64,000 bases of DNA from Octopus sinensis (lineage: Eukaryota): the NCBI RefSeq assembly GCF_006345805.1, contig NC_042997.1, forward strand, positions 101,928,001 through 101,992,000. Reading direction: 5' to 3'. The position numbers and the translations under genes are program-made. The notes beneath the pieces are model-generated. The model had not been told where the DNA came from, did not search any database, and saw only the letters and a program-made list of their open reading frames with translations. This document shows positions 1 to 11,872 of the stretch, in pieces (position 1 is the stretch's first letter; the number at the start of each line of letters is the position of its first letter).

Positions 1-574
1 AATGAAAGGACAAACTTGAAAATGTGATTGAATAAATCGTGTGAAATAATCTGACAGAGGTGTTATACTATTTTACTTAAACAATCTTGCTGAAATTTTA
101 GAACATGTTTGGAAGTTTAGAAACTTCAACAAAATGTGCATATTCAATAAGAAAATTTTTCTCATGATAGTTTCCATGAAATGTAGAATTGGTTTTTCAG
201 TTAATATTTCTGTTTTAATGCAAAATTTATATATTTGCTAAGTTTAAAAATACCTGTTGAATATGAGAAGCCTCTATGCTTGTGGTTCTCAAACAATGTA
301 CTGCAGAATACTAGTGTGTTGCAAAGGGTATTTAGGTAACTCTTGGAAAATATATAATTCCTGATTTTGTTATAAACAATTAATAAAAACCAGGGAAGAA
401 GTAATTTTCTATATATTTAAAGAAAAAAAAAAGATTTTAAACTTTCTAGGTGAAGTGCACCATCAAATTTTTTACTTATCATAATAAAAGGACACATTAG
501 ACAACGTAAGGCTGGAACATCTGTGATCAGGGGTCTGTTTTGTCTGAGATGACCTGAGGCTAAACAACATGGAT

Positions 575-1487
575 TGTGGCCATACTGGGGCATCACTTTG
601 AAGAGCTTAGTCAAATAAATTGACTGTCAGTCACTTTTTGCTGAACTGCTAAATTATGGGGATGTAAACAAACCAACATTGGTTGTTAAGCAGTGATGGG
701 GGACAATCACACACACACACGCACAATCTATTTGATGGACTTCTTTCACTTAAACATCTATCAATTCCACTCACAAGTCTTAGGTTGGCCCGGGGCTATA
801 GTAGTAGACACCCAAGGTGCCATGCAGTGGGACTGAACCTGGATTCATGTGGTTGGGAAGCAACCTGTTAAACATTTATAAATATTTTTGTGTGGTTAAT
901 AAGTTTGTCCTCCAACTACACGGTTTCAGGTTCAGTCCTGCTGTGTGGCACCGTGGGCAAGCATCTCCTATTAGAGCCTTGGGTCAACCAAAGCTTTGGT
1001 AGTAAATTTGGTAGATGGAAAGTGAAAGAAGCCTGTTGTATATTATGTGTATGGTGTGTGTGTTTGTATATCTTGTATTTTTTACTAGTTTTAGTCATTG
1101 GGACATTACCTTGAAGGGTCTAGTCAAACAATTTGACCCCAGTGCTCGTATTGTTTTTGACCTTATTCTTTTGGTCTCTTTTGCTTAACCATTAAGTGAC
1201 AGGGATGTAAACAAATTAATACTGATGGGGGACAAACACAAAGATGCACACATAGATAGATAGATAAGTTGTTAAGCAATGATAATGATGAGATATATAC
1301 ACATGCATATATACATACATACACTCACATGACAGCCTTCTTTTTAATTCTGCCTACCAAATCCATTTACAAAGCTTTGGTCAGTGCAGTGCTATAGTAG
1401 AAGACACTTGCCCAGGTACCAAGCAGTGGAATTGAACTTGGAACCATGTAGTTGGAAAGCAAACTTCTTATCACACAGCCACATCTG
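575..1487. mobile_element. three degenerate SINE-B copies (about 575-870 minus, 890-1050 plus, 1090-1487 minus)
   Basis: tRNA-like head (gctgtgtgg...ggttcagtcc), CORE-like ttgggcaag.gtcttctactatagcc and internal microsatellite shared with other copies in the window. Confidence 0.75.
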
Positions 1488-1670
1488 TGTGTGTGTGTCT
1501 CCTTGTCTTGATATCTTTCAATCTTTTATGAAATCATGTCTGGTCATGTGGAAATATTACCTTGTTTGGAAACAGGTGAGTGTTGGCAACAAGGAGAAAA
1601 TGTTGCAGAAGAAAATATTTGCATTAATGTATTTTATCTGATCTAAGCAAGCATGCAAAAGCAAACATTA
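1487..1670 (+). mobile_element. RTE-type 3' tail repeat (also about 5310-5470 and 24130-24335)
   Basis: ggaaacaggtgagggttgg.gacaggaagggcatcc...gcatgga aaagtgga..ttaaa (gat)n, three similar copies. Confidence 0.6.
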
Positions 1671-1729
1671 AAATGGGAATAAAGACAAACAATTTTTGTG
1701 TTTTTTGTTGTTTTTGTTTCTTTAAATCA

Positions 1730-1735
1730 TTTATT
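1730..1735 (-). promoter_or_regulatory. candidate polyadenylation signal of the SLC6 gene (3' UTR about 1.3 kb)
   Basis: AATAAA on the minus strand followed by a T/GT-rich tract; 1740-3025 lacks recognisable SINEs. The hexamer is common in AT-rich DNA. Confidence 0.25.
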
Positions 1736-3025
1736 TAAAAGATCTTAAAAGTGGAGGTTAAACTGAGAGTAATTGATGGATGGAATACTTTTTTGTTATG
1801 AAGAAATGAAAGTTCATGGTCATGCTGAGATCCAGATTAAATGAAAGTGATTATAATCTCTTTCATGTTTTCTATTTACAGCATCTATATTTCCCATAAA
1901 AAAAAAAACATTTCAAACTAGAGTAATATATGCTCAACTATATATAACTTATACAGTTATCTTCTCATTTTCTCAAAATCTAGATTATGAAAAACCTATC
2001 TTTCCAGTTCATTGTGGTTTTACACATCATAATATTGCTTTTCTCATGATAATAGTTTTATCTCTATCCAGCAATAAAGCAGTCTTAGTAGAATTATTAC
2101 TCCTACTGTAATTTCAGTTTCATAATTTAAACAACTGGAGTCTTCTTTGTGGTTCTAATCACCAATGCAGAACAAATCTCTAATAATTTTATACAATTTG
2201 TAAAAAAATAGATTTAACCAATAAAAAGACAAGTATTTTTTTTTGTTTCGTTATACCTCCACTTATAAAAATGGCTTTAATGTTTGATTAGCTCAACTGA
2301 ATTATTAATCAATTAATGGACAAATTGAGTTTGCAGGGGTGTTGATTTTATTTTGGAAGAACCCAATAGAGGTACTAATCATGTTGTAGCTAACATTCAT
2401 TCGAGCATAATTACTAACATTCAACATTGGAATAATTCTAGGGTGGCTTATGTTTCTCTAATGTACATATTTTCTTAAAGCTTTCATTTGAAAGTTTGAT
2501 ATTAATATATGTACATAACACCACTGAACTGAATTATGTAACACCACTAAAACTTACCAATTGTTTTTCTTTTTCACAATGGCCATAGGTCATCATTATT
2601 ATTAGTGTAAATATCTGATTACTACATAACCATGGTATAATTTTCCATGGATATTCATCAGGTTTTAGAAAATAGATTTTACTGATATTATAATTAGTAA
2701 CCAATTAAAATACCATTTAAAAATTAGTTTGCACAATTAGACTTTTAGTTTGTATTGAGTTGGTATTAACAAAACATCTGGGAAAGATCTATACTATGAG
2801 TAGTTTAACTAACGGTGGTTTAACACATTTCTCCTGTATCATATTGAAACCTACTATTCATTTGTAACAATACAAGAGAGCATTTTCCCACCACTAACTT
2901 TTGGTCACTATGACATCAGGCTGCTGGTATCAAAACCATTTGATGAAGTGTTCAGCTGTGAGATTTTGCTCAGTACCTATCACATATCATCAGATAAAGT
3001 TTTAAATTAAACCAGTTGTGTTGAT

Positions 3026-3136
3026 TTACAGCTTGGTCATTTGTGTTACTTCAATTTCCAATACAGCAGGTCCGTCTTCAGTGTCTGGCAATGATGTTTC
3101 ACTGGACTGTGATGTGGAATGAGTAAACCCAACTTC
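3026..3136 (-). CDS. SLC6 exon 14 (inferred): terminal coding exon ending TKL-stop
   Basis: tttacag|GAA GTT; [39 protein letters not shown]; phase 0 matches the exon 13 donor. Confidence 0.75.
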   Translation of the reverse strand, partial: EVGFTHSTSQSSETSLPDTEDGPAVLEIEVTQMTKL

Positions 3137-6100
3137 CTGTAAACAATGATATAAAATGTAGGTTAGCATGTACTTATAACTTAATAATTCAATATGTCTA
3201 GATGCAAGTTACACAAACATACTTGCTGCTACTAAAATTTGTGTTAGTGTCTATATTTGTAATGTGCGCTATAATGGAATCCCACCCAAACCTGTTAATC
3301 CTTAGGTTGTGGTCTCCCGAGCAAAAAACTATTGTTGACAATGGATGGATGTCTGTGGTTTGATGATAAGGATTCTGTTGTTTGGTCAACTGAATTACAT
3401 ATTCGTGAATTACCTTGCTAAATATGTCGCTTGTGAGTTGCAACACATTATTTCTGTAGTTTCTGTTAAATAAATATTGAATTCAACCAAATATGCAGGA
3501 AATACTTCTTCGTTAGTCAAGTAGTATAGAAATAAGTACACAGATTGTTGACTAGTTTTATTAACGTCTTGATGAAATGATTTGATGTAGAGATACTTAA
3601 GGAAGGAGTGGAGTTAAAAATTAATAAAATTTAACAATATTGCCAAAATACGGGCAATGGTGATTATCAAGACAATAACATAGTGAATGTATTGTAATAT
3701 TTTTGTTTGTACATTATGTCCTGTGTTCAAATCCCTTATCTGTTCTCCTTGAGTGGGTAAAGTAAGTACCAATGGTATATTAGTATATTCACTTAATTAA
3801 CCTTACCCTACACATTTTGAGAAAAGAACCAAGATTACCAAAGTTTTAGCTGTAGTAGAAGCAAATTCAATCACTTGAGGGCATACAAAATGTCTTGTAT
3901 TTCTTTCAACTCTTTACATTCTGACTTCAAATACAATTAAAATCAATTTTGCCTTTCATTCATTCAGGGCCAATGAAATAAAGTATCAGTTAAGTGTTGG
4001 GGCTGATGCTATGTACAATCCCTGCTTCCCTCAAAACTGCTGGCTTGGAGCCTAATTTAGGAATAATAGTTAAGTGAGCCATCCAAATTTTCTATGTGGT
4101 TGAGAAGTTCACATTTAATCACACAGTTCTGGATTTGTTTCTGCTGACAAGCACCTTGAGAAAATGTCTCCTGGTTTGTGTGTAGAATTTGGTGGATGAA
4201 AGCTATTGAGTGTGTGTATCTGTGTGCGTTTGTGTGTGATGTTGCCCTCTTTAAATTTAAAGGTAATGGCCCAGAAGAGTTTCCGAGACCATAGCATGTT
4301 GAAACCACTTTAGTAAGTTTACATTATCATTAAAGTAATCAAACTTTTACTTGTTTGGCTAATTGCAAATAATTCTAATTTCATTGGAAGACTAACTGAT
4401 AACTTGAAATATGAATTTCTGCTTCATTCATTTGCTAAATCATTGAATACTTTAATCAAATATTTAAAAGTTTGTTTTATGCAACAGAAGCAGTATTAGA
4501 TTAAAATAGCTATCTGTCTCTCATATTTAATGTAAATATATTGGGGAAAGGCAAATGAACTGTAGTATTCATCCAGAGATAATATTCCTTGTGGAAGTAC
4601 TGTGTTTAAAAAACACAAACACATCAGTAGCAAACAAAAATCAACCAGCAGCAATTTTTTAAACATTTAGAAGTTTAAAAACAAATTGTTCAAAACAGAC
4701 CTACACACGAAAATTAATTTCCAATATGGAATGAATTTTAATGACTGGACAAAGTTTAAAACAGAACAGAACTAACTTTTACTGCAAAAATCAGATGTGT
4801 ATACTCAAAATTTCATTACCCTTACCAACAAAAAGAAATTTTATATACCAGTCTATATCTTCTTGAGGAATGTCATATTTGAAGCTATTTCCCATTGAGA
4901 TGTGTCAAGTTCATTGAAGCAACGTGACTCGCAGAAAATATCAATTCTATTTTTAGGTAGATATTTAACATCATTGTGGAGGCGCAATGGCCCAGTGGTT
5001 AGGGCAGTGGATTCGCGATTGTAGGATCATGGTTTTGATTCCCAGACCGGGCGTTGTGAGTGTTTATTGAGCGAAAACACCCAAAGCTCCATGAGGCTCT
5101 GGCAGGGGGTGGTAGTGATCCCTGCTATACTCTTTCACCACAACTTTCTCTCACTCTTTCTTCTGTTGGTCTGCTCGCTTAGCCAGCAGGGTGGCGTCAT
5201 TTGAAGGCTAAAACAATGCGAAGTGCATTGTGACTAGCGATGTGTAGCAACATCTGATAGCCTGGTCGGTCACGTGATCACGTGATTAAATATCATTACT
5301 GGAAAACATTGAAAACATGCCTGGCCATGGGGAAATATTACCTTGCTTTGAGACAGGTGAGAGATTAACGACAGGAAGGGTATCCAATTATAGAAAATCT
5401 GCCTTAAATTCCATCTGATTCATGCAAGCATGAAAAAAGTGGACATTAAAAATGGTGATGATGATGATAATAAGGAGGCAGAGGAGGAAAAAATAGATAA
5501 TAGTATGCAAAATAAATGTGATGTAAAGATAAATCACTTACATCTGAAGGATACGTTTCGGTATGATTACCAATCTGTTCTTGTTTTAATTCTTCAAGTT
5601 CTGATTCCTTGTCACTCATGCTGACATTGTGCTTTGGTGAATTTTGAAATAACACGACTGAATGATGTTCAGGTGAGTTTTCCATTGATACGCTTGCATT
5701 ATGTTCGGGTGAGTTTTTCATTGATAGACTTGCATTATGCTCAGGTGAGTTTTTCATCGATGCACTTGCATTGTGTTCAGGTGAGTTTTTCATTGATACA
5801 CTTGCATTATGCTCGGGTGAATTTTTCATTGATACACTTGCATTATGCTCAGGTGAATTTTTCATTGATACACTTGCATTATGCTCTGGTGAATTTTTCA
5901 TTGATACACTTGCATTATGCTCAGGTGAATTTTTCATTGATACACTAGCATTATGCTCAGGTGAATTTTTCATTGATACACTAGCATTATTCTCAGGTGA
6001 ATTTTTCACTGACACTCTTCCATTATGTTCAGGTGAGTTTTTACTAAATACATTTGTATTATGTTCAGGTGAATTCTTCATCAAAACATATGCATTGCTA

Positions 6101-9100
6101 TCCGGTGATTTCTTAACTAACACATTCATAGGATTTTTTGATGAATTCTTAATCAAAATACATTGATTGTTCTCAGGAGAATTTTTCACCAGCATGCTTG
6201 TAGTCTTCATCAATGAACTGTCAGGATTGTCAGGTGACCTCATTACCAAAACATTTGCATTGCTTCCAGATAAACTCTTAATCTTTAGACCTGTATTACC
6301 ATTGGATAAATTGTCACCCAACAAATTAGTATTGTCAGGTGAGCTTTTAGTAAGTGCATCTATATTGCTTTCATTTGAATTTTTGCGTTCAAATAAATTT
6401 TTTCCTCGAAGTCCATCTGAAGATGCTTTACCTAATATAGGCTTGATTTTATCTTTGCTTGACTTACTTACTTTCTCCAAACTTTGTGGAACAGGAACTG
6501 CTTTCCTTTTGATACTTGATTTCAGGGCTTTATTTGGTATCTTGTATAGCTTGTCTGGGATATTTTCTTCTTTTTGTAGCATCCGTTCATCTGCACATTT
6601 TTGAGGATCACTATCAATTTTGACATTCAGTTTGTCTTTTTTTAACAATGTGACTTTCTTTAATTCAACATTTTCAACATTCTTTGCTCCGGTTGGACTC
6701 ACAGGAGAACTTGCTGCCCTTGTATCTTTTCTGTATTCTTTTTGTCGAACAATTTGATCATTTTTTTCCACTAAAATATTTGGTTCAAGTTTAGGAAATG
6801 GATAGTCTTGTTGTGGAAGGGATTGATTGTCTTCTGTATTTTTTATTCTGTCCAATTTGACTGAGTTGATAAAATTGTCTATATCAGGAGCCGCTTTTTG
6901 GTTCACTTTACTTTTGTCTGCTGAATTCATTACTTCAGGATGTTTTTCAAATTGTACTTCACATATGCCATTGGTAGCTTCGTAAGTACGTAAGGACCCC
7001 TCATTTTCTGCATAATCAAATGTAAGTTCTTTACTGAATCTACATTTTGGCATTTTATTTTCTAATGTCTTACTTTTACGCAGTTCTTCTCGGCTGTCAG
7101 CCATTTTAACTTTTTCCATTGATCCTCGGTAATCACTAACACTATGTTCACTATGCAAGCTTGTTCTGTCCAAACTTATGGTGCTGCTTTGACTGAAGAT
7201 GCTATTGTGACTCATCCTGACATTTTGCCAAGAAGCACCATTTGCATTATTTAAATCAGCATTTCTTGAATCTGTCTGAGTCGCAACATCATGCATCTGT
7301 ACTTTGATCTGATTCCTTGGTACAATAATTATTTCATCATCAGAATGCTCATAAAGTAATGGACGAGTTAATCTCTCTGTGGAACCTATAAGAGAAAATT
7401 AGCATGAAATCTTATATTTATTATTTTAATACATCCATCCAGCCAGCCAGCCATACATCCATATATCCATACATACATAGGCTCGTTAGCTTTGGCAGAG
7501 ACAAAATTGATCCTCAAACGCAGAACCATTCACATGGCAAAAATCTACTGGCCAATTGCATGCCATAACTTAATGTATAAGATACATACATATTTCTTTA
7601 TTACCCACAAGGGGCTAAACACAGAGAGGACAAACAAGGACAGACATAGGTATTAAGTCGATTACATCGACCCCAGTGCATAACTGCTACTTAATTTATC
7701 GACCCTGAAAGGATGAAAGGCAAAGTCGACCTCAGCAGAATTTGAGCTCAGAACGTAACGACAGACGAAATACTGCTAAGCATTTCACCTGGCGTGCTAA
7801 CGTTTCTGCCAGCTCGCCGTATAAGATACATACAGTATGCTTAATCCTCTTCCCCCAGGACCATTGTGAAACCAATAACATCATCACAGCAGAACAAGCA
7901 GCTGGGAATAAGAGTGTCTGGGGATGTGCTGAGCAATTGTTAATCAACAAAACTGTGATGTCAGAGGTGCAAGAGCATAGGAGGAACCTAATTATAATGA
8001 GGCTAGACTACAAGAAAGCTTTTGACTCTGTTCCCCACTCATGGATGTTACAAGCCCTTCAACTTGCTAAAGTTCCAGTGAGAATAGTCAAAGCCATAGC
8101 TGACCTGACTTCATCATGGGCCACCATCTTGAAATTAAGCACAAAGTATGACTGTATTATCACTGATATAATACAGTATCACAAAGGCATATTCCAAGGG
8201 GACAGCCTCTGTGATATTTATACTTTCTGTAAACTCCTTGTCATTCATGTTAAGGAAATCTGTAGGATATCTCACTGATTCCCAAGGAGACATGATGTTG
8301 TAGCTGGGACACAGTAATGAAATCCATCGGAAGGATAATCCTGAGGACAAAGAAATAAGAACCCACAATATATCAGAAGTCACAGCCACTCATAATAAAA
8401 AGGAATACTGGTGGAATGTACCAGGGAAGACCTCAATAAAATATAAGCACAACAGACCTGATATAATGATTTGGGATAAGAAGAGAAGCTGTACACAGTT
8501 GTGGAAATTAGCTGCCCATTGAATGTGAAAAAGAAAACACCTATGCTGAACTATTGAGAAATTTGCAGTTACGCTATCCAGATTACAAGTTCAAATTTAT
8601 ACCTGTAATTATTGAGGCCCTGGGATATGTAACACACTGCTAAAATATCAATCTTGAGAAATTAGGCTTCTCAAAACCAGAAAGGAGACAGCTAATTCAA
8701 AGACTACAGATCCAATCCATCACTGGAACTGTAAAAATCTGTAAAACTTTCCAGAAGTTTATCATTTAAATATATATGAGCATGGCTAGATATGCAAGTA
8801 TATCCATGAAAATACATACATAAAGCAAAACATGCAAATTTGCACATATGCATGCATACATACATACATACATACATACATACATACATACATACATACA
8901 TACATACATACATACACATACATACATACATATATGTGTATATACTGTTGCATCTTGGGAGGGTCATTACACCAATAATAACAAACACATTAACTGGTTC
9001 AATATCACTTCTTTATTGTTATTCAATTGGTTAAATATTTAACCAACTAACTAATTGATTGCTTGTTTAACTTGCAGGTTATACAACTGATTGATTGCTT

Positions 9101-11578
9101 GTTTAATGTGCTGGTTAAACAATTAATCTGTTGTTTGTCAAAGTTCTTTCATAATTATTTGCTATCTCATCAATAACATACCCTCTCTTCAAGGTCTGCA
9201 AGAATATTGCAAACCAAATGCAAAAATGATATATCTGTATCAAAGTTGATAATGTAATTTTGCATAGATTATGAAACAACTGTAACCTTTACAGGCATAT
9301 TAAAACTCTTTGCCTCTCCATGAAGCTAGCCCTGAATGAGGACTTTCACTGCTACTCATACAAGAGATGCAAGGGACAAATTCTGACAGCTAATGCCAAG
9401 GGGAACTACTTGACAAAGGCAAAGAAGCTCCTGAATAAGCTGAGGTATCCTGTTGAGCTGAGGATGATCTGGTTCTTCTCAGATGAAAAGAGCTTCTGCT
9501 AGAATCAGTTGCACAACACCCAGAACAACAGATGACTTGCCTACAATCCATGTGATGTCCCATGTATCATGAAAACCAAGTTCCCTCAAACTATGATGGT
9601 CTTTGAGGTGTATCTCTAGTGAGAGTGATGTCATGCCACCCCAAATCTTTGAACAGGGCCTTGGGCTCAATTAAGATGGCTATGTGAAGCTGTTGGAGAC
9701 TGTAGTCAAAATTTGGCTGCAGAAGGTTACTGTTAGAAAGCTATATGTGAGGCAGCAGGGTTCAGCATGTTGTCAAACCTCCCAGAAAGAGTCAGTAGTG
9801 GAGAATTTCTCTGATTTCACCAACCTCAATTTCTGACCCCCTCCCCACCAGGGATTGTCATCCCATGGATTACTATGCATGTGTTGCAGTTGGGAAAGAC
9901 ACCAACTGCTTTGCCTGCAACACCAAGGCTGAGCTGGTGGCTAAGATCGAGAACATAGTGCTCCAGCATGGCCACTGTCCAATGAATGAAAACAGGAAAA
10001 GATACAAATAAAAGATAATAGTGACTTAACTGAAAATATATTTAAACAGGATTAGGAACATGCCATGCAGTCTGCAGAATAAATAAGTGGAATGAATATC
10101 CAAGTAACTATGGTAACAAATGTAACACCACAGACTTTGATTTGTACCTTTGATTTGTTTTTAAACTGAGTGTCCTTGCACTTTTTATAAGAAATTTGCC
10201 AGATCCTTATATTTTAATAATTAATAAAAAAAAATTGCATATACATTAATACTTACCAGCAGAAGAATTGCATTGAGGATTGCTGTATGCATGGTTTAGT
10301 ATTGCTCTTTGGCGCATATCTAATTGCTTGCGATTACGAGCTAATTTTGGTGATAAGGATATCAAACTTGTTGTTTCAGACAAACTTGGGACCCGAATAC
10401 CAGAGGTAGTGAATTCAACGTGATCTAAACATATTTAAAATAAATCTATTAGACATTGGTGCAAAAATTCATTAGATAATTCTTTATTAGAAAATTCATG
10501 CACAAACATAATGTCATAATATCAACAATGTAATTAGGAAATGATGAAGGATGATATAAAACCAGAAGAAATCTGTTAATTTGTGAGAAAACATTTTAGA
10601 CATATATGGATAAATTTCAAGTTATTTAACGGATAAATCTGCTTTTATATGTGTATAGAACTCCGCTTAGTTTTTAAAGGCTGAAATAATCTTGAATGAA
10701 ACTAAATGACCTAAATTTCTTTCAATGTAACCATTTTCTTTCTACTGGCACACACAACGTGATGTCTTTGATCAGAATTATAACAACTATAAATGCGTGT
10801 TAAAAATACCGGATCTTTTCGCTTTGATCGGCAGATTTTTAAAATTTCTTTGCAACTAAAAAATTTGAAACTTCATATACCGGTAGAATGTGTTTATAAA
10901 ACATCTTTTTCTCTTAGCTTTCTTGAGAAAAATTTGTAGTTTGTAAGCTATTTCTTGTTTATTTTCTTGCATTTCGGCAATTTCAACCAATCAATGACGT
11001 CTATTGAGGTGAATTCAATATCTCCGGAGCATTGTCAACAACACTAATTTCTGGTGTCATATGAAATTGTCCCTGTTATTTATGAGAAAAAAGATACCCT
11101 GTGGCCATAAACTGAGGTGTCACACATTCTACCGGTATACGAAGTTTAAAAGTGTTTAGTTACAAAGAAATTATTTTAAAAATCTGCCAGTCAAAGCGAA
11201 AAGATCCAAAATACCATATATAACTTTGGAGCTGTAAAATTGAAATGTAGATATAATTTTCTCTGAGTAAGAGCTTTATATAGATTCTTATTCAGGACTA
11301 TTTGCTAGTTGCATAAATTAGTCATTAACTACTAAGTTAAACTTAATGGAAGTAATTTTAGTGAGTCTTTTACTCTGTCATTGATCATAGTTACTGGATT
11401 GCAGTCATGCTGCAGTACGATTATCAAAGGTTTTAGTTGGTCATTTAGGTCCCAATACTTTGTGTAGTATTTGTTTTATTGGTCAGATGAGAGGAAAGCA
11501 AAAATTGATCTGGACAAGTTTTGAGCTCAGAATGTAAATGGGTGTAATTAGATACCAAAAATATTTTGTCCAGCCTGA

Positions 11579-11622
<44 letters not shown>

Positions 11623-11625
11623 ACA

Positions 11626-11680
<55 letters not shown>

Positions 11681-11831
11681 ATCTATCTATCCATCTATCC
11701 ACCTATATATACATATATATATATATATATATAAATGGCGGTGCCCCAGCATGGCCACAGCTCGTGAGCTGAAACTAGAATCAATCAATCAATCAATATA
11801 TATATATATATATACACATATATATCTAATT

Positions 11832-11872
<41 letters not shown>

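Noticed and set aside
5634-6604. Plus-strand ORFs 5634..5948, 5771..6166 and 6167..6604
   Set aside because: Antisense shadows of exon 13 and its 36-bp repeat; unit variation is silent in the minus frame.
5446-7296. 616-aa ORF as a standalone single-exon gene
   Set aside because: The frame stays open 29 codons upstream to a strong acceptor at 7386 and has a gtaagt donor at 5541; the last 31 residues are intronic or repeat-derived. It is better explained as an internal exon, though this is unproven without RNA.
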